Below are positions 13,605-24,909 of a stretch of 64,000 bases of DNA, in pieces. This DNA is from Dimorphilus gyrociliatus. Lineage: Eukaryota; Animalia; Annelida. Within the stretch, counting starts at the first letter, position 1. Each line of letters opens with the position of its first letter. The stretch is from NCBI GenBank assembly GCA_904063045.1, contig CAJFCJ010000017.1:744001-808000 (forward strand), given 5' to 3'. Both the position numbers and the translations under genes were made by a program. The notes beneath the pieces were generated by a model. It worked only from the letters and a program-made list of their open reading frames with translations. It was not told where the DNA came from and made no database searches.

Positions 13605-15146
13605 TTGCTCACCTTTAGAAAGGCGCTTTGTGAATTGAGAATAGCTCGTTTAAAAAGTTAACTTTTACCGATAATGGCAAAAATTAAACGACGTCTTTAT
13701 TTATAGTAATTAAGTAAAGACTAAGCTCGAAGCAAAGATATATTTCCTTTCTAAAGTGGTTCCTGGGTCCAAAATTCAATTACTCTAAACCAATACCCTA
13801 TTAAATAAACAGATTATTGTCATGGACGGCGCTTTGAAGCAAAAACCCAGTTATTTTGTTTAGAATCGATTACTCTTGGTCGTAATAAAAATGAAAAGCT
13901 GCGAAAATAATTGGTTTTTGTAATAATATGCCGCCCAAGCAGTATATATATATAACTAATACGGTGGCTACGTTCATTAGAATAAGTAAGAGGGTTTTGT
14001 TATTTAATTAGCACTTCAAACTTGAATAAGTAATATAATCCCACCTGAACTTTGTTATACTACTGAATGGAAACAGTTAAGTTAAGCTATGGTAATGAAT
14101 CCGTTATCCTTGCTAAATGTGTACTTTTAATTTCGTTGACAGGTTACACCCACAAAAATATACGATAAATTAACAATTATACTATCATATAAGAAAAGAC
14201 TTTCATTGTCTACTTAGGTAGCAAAATAGACAGAAAGAGTATAGCTTCTTCAAGTTTTATGTATTTCCTAAATAGTTTTAAGTAAACGATTAAAGAAAAA
14301 GAAGAAAAATTTTTACATTTAACTGACTAGTTTAAATCTTTTATGGACTGTTCCTACGATAATAGATTCTTTATAAATTCGCTTTTATAAGCGGGTTGCC
14401 TTACACAAATCGAAATAGGCTATTTTAATAACATAGTAAAAGAATAAGAATGGGGAACAAGGTGAAGAGAAGAAGAAGAAGAAGAAAAAAATCACTTTAA
14501 CCATTATATAAAAGGGTAAAGAAAAGCCATCCTATTAACCCATATATTTATCTGGCTAAAAGAGTTTATTCTAACATTCTATAAAGAAAAAAGCAAAGTT
14601 GAAATATTTAGATTTCAAGCCTTTTAAAAACAAAAAAAAAAAAAATACCAGTTTTTTTTATCAATATCACCAATTAAATTAGTTTACACTAAAATACAAG
14701 ACGTGACTATACATTTTATTTTTGAATTGGGCAATTTTAATATCGGACGAAAATCGTATAAAAAATATTCAACTTTTTAGTATTAACATCTTTATTACGT
14801 TTATAAGGTTATATACGAAGTTAGAAAGATTTACTAAAGATAATTATATATATATATATATGCATATGTATATATAAACTATCTTATTGTATAACTAATT
14901 TATTTGCATACTGTATACCTTATACTATGATATACATATTTGATTTATTGTATTTACAAGGCATATTTTCTTTACTTTCTATTCTTTAGTATCGATTGCT
15001 GTTAACATCTGTAACAATAAGGTTTTTGTTAATAAATGACTTTGTATTTTTTTTTTCCTTTCTATTTGGTATATAGAAATACTTTGCTTGCTTATGCTCC
15101 CCTTTTTTTTCTCTTTCTTCTTTAATAGTGTCTAAAGATATGTCTT

Positions 15147-15150
<4 letters not shown>

Positions 15151-15189
<39 letters not shown>

Positions 15190-15244
15190 TTTCTTTATTA
15201 TATAATAAATAAGATATATCTATATATATATATATATATATATA
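15151..15244. repeat. (TC)18 and (TA)12 microsatellites
   Basis: (TC)n at 15151-15186 and (TA)n at 15221-15244, read directly. Confidence 0.95.
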
Positions 15245-15753
15245 GATATACTGTATATATGTATAAAGAAAGTTTATAATTCTGTCAACATAAAAAGCTC
15301 CAGCATGTCTTTAATTGATAAAATATGTCGATCTTATGATTTGTTTTGTAAACATCTTAACAGTCCGTTTTTTATATTATATATTTTAGATAAATGTTTC
15401 TCTAGAATTGGATAGTTTCGATCCTACTTCTTACTTTTATTATGAACAATAAATAGAGATGGCAGCACGGATTTTTAAGTCATTCTCTCCTATTTTTTCC
15501 CATTTATTTTTTTAAAACAAACAATCATTTAATTATTGAATTCAATAATTAACTTTCTAGACATGTAACTGTTTTTTATTTAATTACAAACTTTCAGATT
15601 AAATTCAAATATTCAATTTACATAAAGAGTAAGTTAATAGGACTTGAAAAAAAAACAAAGAAAGCTTTTCAAATGGGGGAGGGAAACAACTGTTTATGTT
15701 AATTTGGGCTCACTACTATTCATATAGCATCAGAGCGTTCATCAGTAAGGACT

Positions 15754-16149
15754 ATGGCAAATTACAAAGGATATTTTCTTGCTTTTGTACTTCTACTCTC
15801 AGTAACTGACCATGTATTATCAATGGAAGTAAGTTTTTGTACGATTTTAATAATTAATCATTATTTATTTAGTTTTAAAGCTTTTGAAAGTGAAAAATTG
15901 ACAAATTTGGAAATTTTTTCGTTACAGAGGGAAAGTTTTATGGATACTGATATTTCATTTCCAAAGCGTAACCCTTTAACCATTAAACTTTTACGGAGTT
16001 TACAAGGTGCCAGAAGGAAACGTAAGCAACACTGCTGTTGATAAATTTCTAACCTTTAATTAATTCTTATTGTTTTTGCAGGTACAAATTGCTTTGATTT
16101 ATCGGACATGTGTTGTCTCTGGAACGTTTGTCCGAATAATAAGCGTTAA
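15754..16149 (+). CDS. Secreted neuropeptide-like precursor (78 aa), urotensin-II-like ring CLWNVC
   Basis: Exons 15754-15828, 15928-16021 and 16082-16149, with canonical GT-AG sites and matching phases. Translation: MANYKGYFLAFVLLLSVTDHVLSME-RESFMDTDISFPKRNPLTIKLLRSLQGARRKR-TNCFDLSDMCCLWNVCPNNKR*. Contains a signal peptide, KR and RRKR convertase sites, and a Cys-rich C-terminal peptide. Confidence 0.85.
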
Positions 16150-17994
16150 TCTTATTGACTATTCCGGTTAATTAGTTGTTTATTATTTATGTCGTAAATT
16201 GCTAGTTTGAAATAAACGCTCGTGAATGTGCTACTACTATCCGTGCGCAAAGTAAAGCGTTACGGTTTCACAATATATAATTTAATAATTTAATAGTATT
16301 CTAATATTTTCAAAAGAAGAATAGAGAAAACAATAGAGGCTCATTATAGACCATAGTCGACTACTATGTCAAATGTATTAGTTAATCTAATTAACAGTCG
16401 AATAATTAAAAATTGTAACATAAACACTTAATACCAACCATCATAGATTACGGCGGTCTATTTATATTATTTTATGAAAGGAAAATTTGTACTAGTATTA
16501 CTCTAAGCGCAAATATTCTAAGTGTCCCTCTGCCTGAATTATCCTTGTCTCTCTCTCTCTCTCTGTCTCTCTCTCTAAGATAAACAACGACAGATCAATT
16601 TATCCAGGAATGAGAAAGTTTTAAGAATTTATAGAGAATAAATACCTTTTTAATATGAATATTTATCACGATATAGAGTTACTTAGCTAATTAATTCTTA
16701 CGGTAAAAGTAAACTTATATAATGCAAGGAAAAGTTTTCTTAAAGAAAATATAAAAAGACGGAAAGAAAAAAAAGAAAAAGAAAAGTAAAATAAACTTTT
16801 TCCCAAATGGGTAAGAAATAACACCCACTAAGGTTCGGAAAAGGGTGGGAAAGATGTACAGCTCCCTGTTTAGCTCTATAGAACAAAGACGATCGGAAAC
16901 ATCTGGAAAGAAGGGAGAGAAAGTAAATGTAAAAGGCGAAAAATTCTCGCTTCAAATTATGTTTTGTACTGTTTCTCAGATGAGATAATTAAAAAAAAGG
17001 TTATTGTAGTTTGTCATAGTAAACAACGATATATGACACAATGCTAAAAAGAGATATGCAGATATTATGTAATAAATCTTTTAAGAGAAAGGCTAATGTT
17101 TTATGTTGTTTGCTGACTGGAATACCTAAAATAGGTTATTGGTACAGTGACATTTAGCCTATATATGATTAAATGTTTCCATAACAGTATTTACGTCAAA
17201 GGGTATTTATAAGAATAGATAAAGATCTGATTTATATATTCTGAAAGCCTTGAAAACAACACAGAAAAATATTACAAACATCAATAATCCACTAATAGAT
17301 TATTTATTAAAGACGTTTTTAAAGACATTTATTGTATCATTGTTTTTATTATTGTTTGTCTCTTTTTATCTTTGTTTCCCTCTTTGCTATCAATAAACGA
17401 CAAATTTCTTCTAGAATTACGTGTGATTACATCTCATCTTTTCTTCTCTATTCGTATGTTTTCTTCTTTCTATCTTTTTTAATGATCATATAAAATTGTT
17501 ACTTTTCGAAGTAGCGAACACCTCGAAGTTCGTAATTAATTAGGTTTTCAAACGGTAAAGAATTGATTTCAACCTCATTAATGGCTATTGAGTTGTTTGA
17601 CTATTAATTTGAAAGAAATAAACCTATTGCGGATTAATGATCCAAAAGAAAAGTATAGAGTTGCGTACAACAAAAGTTGTTCGCTTCAATTGCTTTTATT
17701 TCATAATCCATTTATTATTTATATATAAGTAGAATAAAAAACTCGAATTATCTGATAGGAGTCGGTCCCTATTTGAAGTCATGTATTAAATTCATAAGTT
17801 CGCTTTAAACAGGGGTACCTGTTCCGCTTTCTAATTAGCAATGAATTTAAAAATTTTACCAGGTGCCTATCAGCAGACATTTTGCTTCAAGAATTTGAAG
17901 AATGTGTTTGAAGGAAATGCGTTTAACCGTCAAATAGCCTTTGAAAGCCTGTATTAATTCAAGATATCACTAGAACTTTTTCTAATAACCCAAC

Positions 17995-19683
17995 ATGACA
18001 TCGAAGTTCAAGCAGAAAACCATTCCAGTTCGTGTTTCGACAATGGACGCTGAGCTTAGCTTCAGCATCTCCTCTAAAACCACTGGCCAAGAACTTTTTG
18101 ACCTAGTTTGCAGAACGATTGGTTTAAGAGAAACATGGTATTTTGGGCTTCAATACTCTGACAATAAAGGATTTATAAATTGGCTTTGTCCAAAAAAGAA
18201 GATAGTCGAACAAGACCTTCCTCAAAGTTTTCCTGTTCAACTGATGTTTTTAGTCAAATTTTATCCGGAAAAGATAGAAGATCTCATTCAGGATATTACA
18301 CAACACTTATTCTTTCTACAAGTCAAACAGTCAATCATTAATATGGACATAGAATGTTCTGCCGAAGCAGCTGTTCTGTTAGCGTCGTATGCAATTCAAG
18401 CTCACTTTGGAGATTTCGATCGAACTGTATATAAACTTGGTGCTGTCTTTGCTCCGGAAGATCTTCTACCAAAGAGGGTGTTGGAGCAATATAACATGAC
18501 ACCTGCCATGTGGGAAGAGAGAATAGTAATATACTGGAGAGATCACGTCGGCTTTCCCCGAGAGGACGCAGAGCTGCACTATCTAAAGTTAGCTCAAGAT
18601 TTAGAAATGTACGGTATTAACTATTTCCAAATTCGAGATAGAAAAAATATTGATCATTGGTTGGGGGTGGATGCACACGGGATCCATTTATATGATATCG
18701 ATAAGAAATTAACGCCGACATACTCATTCGGCTGGAATAGTATTCAAACTGTTACGATCTCAGATAAAAAGTTTACTGTAAAGTTTGTAGAAAAAATTGA
18801 CGATATGAAAGAATATGTTTTTTTCACATCGAAATTGAAAATTAATAATCTAATTTGGGAATTGTGCAAAGGTAATCATGAATTATACGATCAACGAAGA
18901 AAACCGGAATCAATGGAAATACAACAAATGAAAACTCACGCAAACGAAGAGAAGGCTAGACGCCTTCAACAATTGGAATTTGATAAGAAAAGCAGAGATA
19001 GAATTTTGGAAGAAAAACGTGACTTGGAACAAAAATTGACTCTTTTACAACAAAGACTAGCGCAGATGGAAGAGGAAATTAGTACCGCGTACGATGCTTT
19101 ATCTCGATCGGAAGAAACAGTTGAATTACTCGGTGATAAAAATAGACAATATGAACAAGAGATTAGTTTATTGAATTCGAAATCAAAAGAAGCTTTAAGC
19201 TTAGTTGAAAAGATCCAACAGGAAAATATTTTATTACGTATTAAAGTCGCGAATGGCGAGAGATTAGCCATTGGTAAGTTGCAATCTGCTCTAGTATTCT
19301 TTTAATTAACGGTCTTAAATAATTCAGGTATCTTTGAGGAATGCGAGCAGCGCGGCCAGCTTATCGAAAAGCTTCGCCAAGAGAACGATAAATTAAGGAA
19401 GAACAGTGAAGCCGAACGTCAAAGGCGTCTTCAAAGCGACCCTTCTCTTTTATCACCCCTGCCGCCGTTCGAAACACCCCTGACTGATAATTTAACGCTA
19501 GAAATGGAAAGGGAAAGAGAGGATTATATTCAAAAAAGTAATAATTTAAAAGAAAGACTCGAAAATTTACGTTCAAATATAGAAGTGTTAAAAGTTGAGG
19601 ACAGTTCCTTATTAGGGGAAGAAGTTGATGAAATTCAGTCAGGAACGACTATGGCCCGTGTAGCTTTCTTTGAAGAGTTGTAG
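17995..19683 (+). CDS. NF2: Merlin (NF2) homologue, ~544 aa, two coding exons
   Basis: FERM start LFDLVCRTIGLRETWYFGLQY; blue-box-like YNMTPAMW (the Merlin type, not ERM). One 54-nt intron at 19274-19327. C-terminus RVAFFEEL* is the same as in vertebrate merlin isoform 1. Confidence 0.95.
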
Positions 19684-19985
19684 CATGCTTTCGTTAGCCT
19701 TTTTTTTGCCTACTGCCATATATACTCTATAACCTTCCCAAAAAGTTTTGTTTTTTTTTTCTTAATAACTATTTATCACGTATAAAGAGGAAGTGATAGC
19801 TTAAAAAGTTTATCAATTTTTTTTAAAAGGTGAAAGATCATTTATTAAAAAGGAATGATCAAAAGGGTTATATTGTATTAAGTTTGTTACGATGAATAAT
19901 ACAATTCTGTTTAAAAAAAAATAGTACTAAACTTTTCATACTCCTTAAACCCTAATCATTGTTTATCCTGCTCAGATATGATTTA

Positions 19986-20870
19986 TCAACCACTCGTTCC
20001 GCCGCAACTGCTACATAATGACTCACACGATGCCAAATGATTGTCATAGTCTTCTTTCATTTTGAAAATTTCTTCACATTTTTCACAAGTATATATATAC
20101 TGAGTTTCGTCTTTCAATTCGTCGTCGTTCTTATGCTCATATTGTAAATGTTCATCAAGCACGCGCATATTCTCAAATGTTAAATTGCAAATTGAACAGG
20201 CAATCGATTTTGAAACTCTAGCATTTGCGTGTATGTAATAATCTCTTGTATAACTATGCCGATCTGTAAATGTTTTATTGCATATTTTACAATAATACAG
20301 CTCAGATGATTCAGCTCTTTGTCTGATAGATCTGTTAAAAGTATCATCTTCAGATGTTGAATAGTGACGACAAACTTTTTCGTGATTTTTCAAATGAACT
20401 CTATTCCTAAATGTCTTTCTGCAAGGTCTACAATAGAACTTTTCTCGATCTTTCGTAAATAGTCTACCCGATTGGCCTTTGCCATTGGCTTCTTCATTAT
20501 TCAATTCCTCAGATTGAAGATCGCTACCACTGTTGTTCAAGAAACGAGCATCTCTCCATTTTTTTGTTTTACGCTTCGGCTTCTCAACTGATGAACTTAG
20601 GACAACCTCAGGTATAACCATTTTTACAACTGGTGTATCACAGGTATCATTATTCCTGACGCTTATGTACTCAACTCGATCTTTCGGTGGACCTATAGCA
20701 CTTTCGTTAACATTAACTAATGCTACTTTTTTTTCATCTACAGTCACTGCAAGAAAACCTTCAATCCTAATAGATTGTTCGCATTCTAGCATGTTACGAC
20801 TAAGCGCTGCAATTACTTCGCTTATGCAGTTTTGTACTCTAGTACGAGTGGATGCTTCTACGAAATCCAT
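19986..20870 (-). CDS. C2H2/C2HC zinc-finger protein with a compact N-terminal alpha/beta domain; single coding exon
   Basis: Splice acceptor cctgcag lies just before ATG 20870 (MDFVEA..), so the ORF-track start at 20897 is intronic. Four dispersed fingers: CRPC..H..C, CKIC..(D)..H, CSIC..H..H and CEKC..H..C. A 5'-UTR donor is near 21032. Confidence 0.85.
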   Translation of the reverse strand: MDFVEASTRTRVQNCISEVIAALSRNMLECEQSIRIEGFLAVTVDEKKVALVNVNESAIGPPKDRVEYISVRNNDTCDTPVVKMVIPEVVLSSSVEKPKRKTKKWRDARFLNNSGSDLQSEELNNEEANGKGQSGRLFTKDREKFYCRPCRKTFRNRVHLKNHEKVCRHYSTSEDDTFNRSIRQRAESSELYYCKICNKTFTDRHSYTRDYYIHANARVSKSIACSICNLTFENMRVLDEHLQYEHKNDDELKDETQYIYTCEKCEEIFKMKEDYDNHLASCESLCSSCGGTSG

Positions 20871-21060
20871 ATTCTGCAGGTAGGACGCTAAGTGCATTAG
20901 GTTAAATGATGAATGATTGTTTACTTACTATACAGTAATTGTTAATTATTAGAATTACAAACACTGAATATAACGTCGTACTATCTTTTTATATATAGAG
21001 AGAGTTTCTGTTTCCAATGTATAATGCTCCTTACGTTCCTGATTTATACTCAAGTTGTTT

Positions 21061-21071
21061 TGCGCCACCTA
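21061..21071 (-). promoter_or_regulatory. CTCF-core-like motif TAGGTGGCGCA at the zinc-finger gene leader
   Basis: Near-perfect match to the recalled CTCF core, between the DUSP12 stop and the zinc-finger 5'-UTR exon. Confidence 0.55.
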
Positions 21072-21193
21072 TTAAGTTTCATAGATCAACAGTACTCTTT
21101 AAATTTCCGTATAAATTGATTATTTCAGAAACTTTCTATTTAGTATTGAATTTATTTAAAAATAACGATAATAGTTAAAGTTCAAAATGATTG

Positions 21194-22418
21194 CTATTTC
21201 GTCCGAGGCATTGGCTTATAGACCATATCATTTCGAATGTGGAAGGACGGCGTAACCCAGGAGCCGCAAGTGCACTTGGAACCAGACCAGTTAAATCTTC
21301 CTATCTTTGCTTTACATTTAGGGCAGTAAACCTATTATATTATTATTTTTATTACTATTATTATCTTACATTAATATAAATTACTTTGTGGACATTATGA
21401 ATACTAACCTTGCCCTCTAAAGTTTGAATGTTCTCCTCCATCCATTTTACTGGTTCAATAAATAATGAAGAATAACACGTTTCGGTCGTTTTGTCGTCAT
21501 CATGTAAAATTATCGAATTATCGTAGAAAAGAGGCTTTCGACACTTTCCACAATAGTAAACGGCATCAGTAGTTCCATGTGTACTATCTCTGTCCATATT
21601 AGGATCTCTGGCCAATTGAGATCTTAAATTATCATCTTTAATCGACGCTCCTGCATCCAAGAGATTATTTAATAATTGCATTTGAAAGAAAACATTAATT
21701 CTACCTGAACTAATTTTATCTGCAAGATTTTCTAATTTATATATTTTAAATTCTTTATTTCTTTCGTCTATCGTGAAGTTCATTCTTTCGAATAGTTTTA
21801 ACTGTTTGAGAAATCCACTATTTGGTCTAACCCCAGGACGATGTGTTTTGATAAGGTCAAGCGATTCATTCAGAGATAGAGATAATTTTTGCATCAAATA
21901 GGCTACAGCTATCGTGACGCTTCGAGATATACCATATTCACTAGAAAAATAATATTTAAATATACATTATTTATAGTGCTAGCAATTATTAGTATATTAG
22001 ATAATATTTACGATTAGTTTAACTACTTTAAATAGCATATAAATACATAATCAGTTATGTAGGATAAATTGCGTAACAAACCAATGAATAAGTGTTGCTC
22101 CCAATTGACGACCACTTTCTATAAAGTCGATACATTCTTGAAAATGAAACAATAAATCTTGTGACGGAGTGTCTATTGCATGTACCCATTTGTATTCAAA
22201 GTCTTCACGATATTCTATAGGAATTGGCTGAAATGAAATTAAAGTCACTTTCACTTTTAATTGTTATCATTAGTAGCAGGAAATATTGTTACATTCTGTT
22301 AATAACATACTTTTATATGAATTGATAAAATTTGTTTTATTCCCTTCTTTCGTAAATATTTCGAATCTATTGCATCGTCAATTCCTCCGACGAATAAACC
22401 ATCCTGAATATAAGACAT
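21194..22418 (-). CDS. DUSP12: Dual-specificity phosphatase 12 (YVH1 family), phosphatase plus zinc-binding domain
   Basis: Starts MSYIQDGLFVGG. The catalytic motif HCEYGISRS is split across an intron, followed by VRPNSGFLKQL. C-terminal zinc domain CGKCRKPLF..CPKCKAKIGRFNWSGSKCTCGSWVTPSFHI. Stop at 21194-21196. Confidence 0.93.
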
Positions 22419-22620
22419 GCTGGTGAGCGATTTTTAGTGAATTTCCGAAATTATAATTCTTATCAATTCCAGCAGCGTTACTTGTAGTCTTAAAAGAGGG
22501 ATCACTCTAAAGAGCTAAATTTAAACAGATTTTTGTTTTTTTATAGTATTAATTCTTTGGACTACTTCACTTACAAAATAATGTGCAATCAACAATAATT
22601 GTGTTTGAAAAAGTAGTCGA

Positions 22621-22631
22621 CAGATGGAGCG
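22621..22631 (+). promoter_or_regulatory. CTCF-core-like motif CAGATGGAGCG in the DUSP12/spartin bidirectional promoter
   Basis: Midway between the divergent ATGs at 22418 and 22864. Confidence 0.45.
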
Positions 22632-22863
22632 TTTAAAACCTTTCTGTTTCCGGCTTATCAACGAACTTGGCACATTACGAAGTCTACTTTTTAATAAGCT
22701 AGAATTCCATTTAAGAGAGTCTTCAAGACTTGAGACATTGTTTAAACGTACTTTTAGATAGATTATGAATAATTGATAACTTTATATCAGTTTATTCAAG
22801 AAAAATCTACCTGCTCTTGCCAAGTATAATTCGAAAAACCTCCCCTCAGCGGATATTTTAAAC

Positions 22864-24290
22864 ATGACAGATCAATCTAACAATACAGATACATATTTAT
22901 CTGCCAATCACGAAAAGGCAACTAGCGTGCAAGAAAGAATTGTGTTTTTTTCCAAAATAGATGAAAACCAGACCGCAAATGCAGAAAAGTCTGCAACAAA
23001 AGTGGAAACTAGTGCTAAAGAATTACAAAATAGACAGATTGTAGAAAACGTTGAAATTGAAAAGATTAAAGAAAGCAAAGAAACTAACAATCATCATCTT
23101 GTTATTGAGGGAGCTCAATTATTTTACATAGCACCTACAGGAGTAGTTTCTGCACCATCGTATCCTTCCCAATTAACAATTTCTCCAATTGCAATTGACG
23201 CAAATAATGAAAATTCATTGCCCGCTGTCGAATTGAAATTAGGCTCCTGGTCTTATGCGCTGGTACCTGATATATCTCCCGTTTTTAAATCAGATTATGG
23301 CTCATTTATATTCCCCAATGAGGAAATGGGACTAGAACATTCAGTTGGTGTTATTCTCCCCCAAACAACATCTGAATACGATAAACAGAGTTTTGAGAAT
23401 ATAATACAAGAATATTCTATGCTAAAAATTTCAGGAGAATATGGAAGAGACGAAGAGAAAACCAAAAGCGAAATAGTCTCTGAAAATTTAGAAAAATGTT
23501 GTTAAAGTTGCAAATAATTTCTATAATTAATTTTTAAAAAGGTAACTTTACTGACAGCTGCGGGTTGGATTGCCACAGGTGTTTTTAACGGCGTCTCCAA
23601 ATTAGGTTGTTGGGTGAAAAAAGGCAATGATATAAAAGCTGAACAGTTTTCTTTTTTCACATTACTAAATGAATAATTCAACAGGAGGAGCAGGCTTAAG
23701 GGATAGGCTAACCCCAAGCGCAGAGGAGGTAAATGTTAAGCCAGAGGTGCAGAATAGCTTACAAATCGTACGGCAGTGCAGTGAAGTAGCAGCAAATATT
23801 TCATCTTCAGTCGGTGATATATCATTACATTACCACTTGACATTCCATTCCTTAAAATACTCTAAATTTTATACTTTTTATCGAATCTGTAGTTAATTAC
23901 TTAAGCGGTGCTGTAATTAAGGGAGCTACTTTCGCCGGCCCGCACTTACGAAAAGGAACGGAAAAAGTTCTTCCAGATAGTTGGACTAAGGTCAAAGATA
24001 CGAAAAATAGATCAAGATTAGATAATGCCATACTAATTGGTTCCGGAGGTTTCAAGGGCATGTTTAAAGTTTTCGTTAGTCTTGAGAATGCTGCCGCAGT
24101 TTTGGCTAAAAGTTTAGCCGAGGAATCAATAAAAACCATGAGACATAAGTAAGATTAAATTCTAGTGAAGGCGTAAGTTGCTATAGACTAAATTGAAAAC
24201 AGATATGGAGAACAGAGTGGGATGGCCACTGAAAATGTTCTATGCAGCGCTATGAATATAGGAATGGTTGGCGAAATGGTTGAGAACTGA
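22864..24290 (+). CDS. SPART: Spartin paralogue A (senescence domain; no MIT domain; truncated C-terminus)
   Basis: QLFYIAPTGVVSAPSYPS, then senescence-domain exons at the same intron positions as paralogue B (..SLENAAAVLAKSLAEESIKTMRHKYGEQSG..). Stop TGA at 24288-24290. Two donors are weak or non-canonical. Confidence 0.8.
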
Positions 24291-24659
24291 TCAATTAAAA
24301 CTAATTGCACGTTATACAACGTTTATTTGTCTTGTCTCTTTAACATCTTTATACCAGATGAGGATGGATGATTCTAACAACCAGTATTTACCAACATAAA
24401 AAAATTCGTTAATTTGTACGTTATAGTTTATTCAATAATTCATTCCAAAAGCAATTTATCACTTAAATTAGCATTCTTTTGTAACAGGTTTTTATTAAAA
24501 GTCAATTAAATGATAAGATTTTGTTTTGTCTAAATTACAGTTTTTTATACTCTCTATGTTCTCTTTTTGGCAGCCAGAAAGCTGTTTATCTAACTATAAA
24601 TAACTTATTATATTCAGAGCTATTTAATAATCGAAAATTTTTATTACTAATTTTAAAGA

Positions 24660-24674
24660 TAGATGGAGCCATCT
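24660..24674. promoter_or_regulatory. Palindromic CTCF/YY1-like motif AGATGG-ag-CCATCT upstream of spartin B
   Basis: tagatggagccatct, 250 bp upstream of ATG 24910. Confidence 0.4.
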
Positions 24675-24909
24675 CGCAATATATATGTATACTTGATTTC
24701 CGGTTTGATACTTCCGGTTGTAATAAACAAGTTTCAATTTAAAGACCAAAGCCTTGGTGATAAGCTGAACAGCTGATAAAATTTTTGAGAAACATCCTTT
24801 CCATTAAGTAATCATATCAATCCACCTCGATAAATTAGGTAACATTATTCTTGATGACTAATAATCTTGTGTCTAACACTCAACTTTGTATTTAGTTTAA
24901 ATTATAAAA

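Noticed and set aside
17995-19683. Merlin as a processed pseudogene
   Set aside because: The ORF is intact with a conserved blue box and C-terminus, it has a canonical intron, and there is no poly-A tail or target-site duplication.
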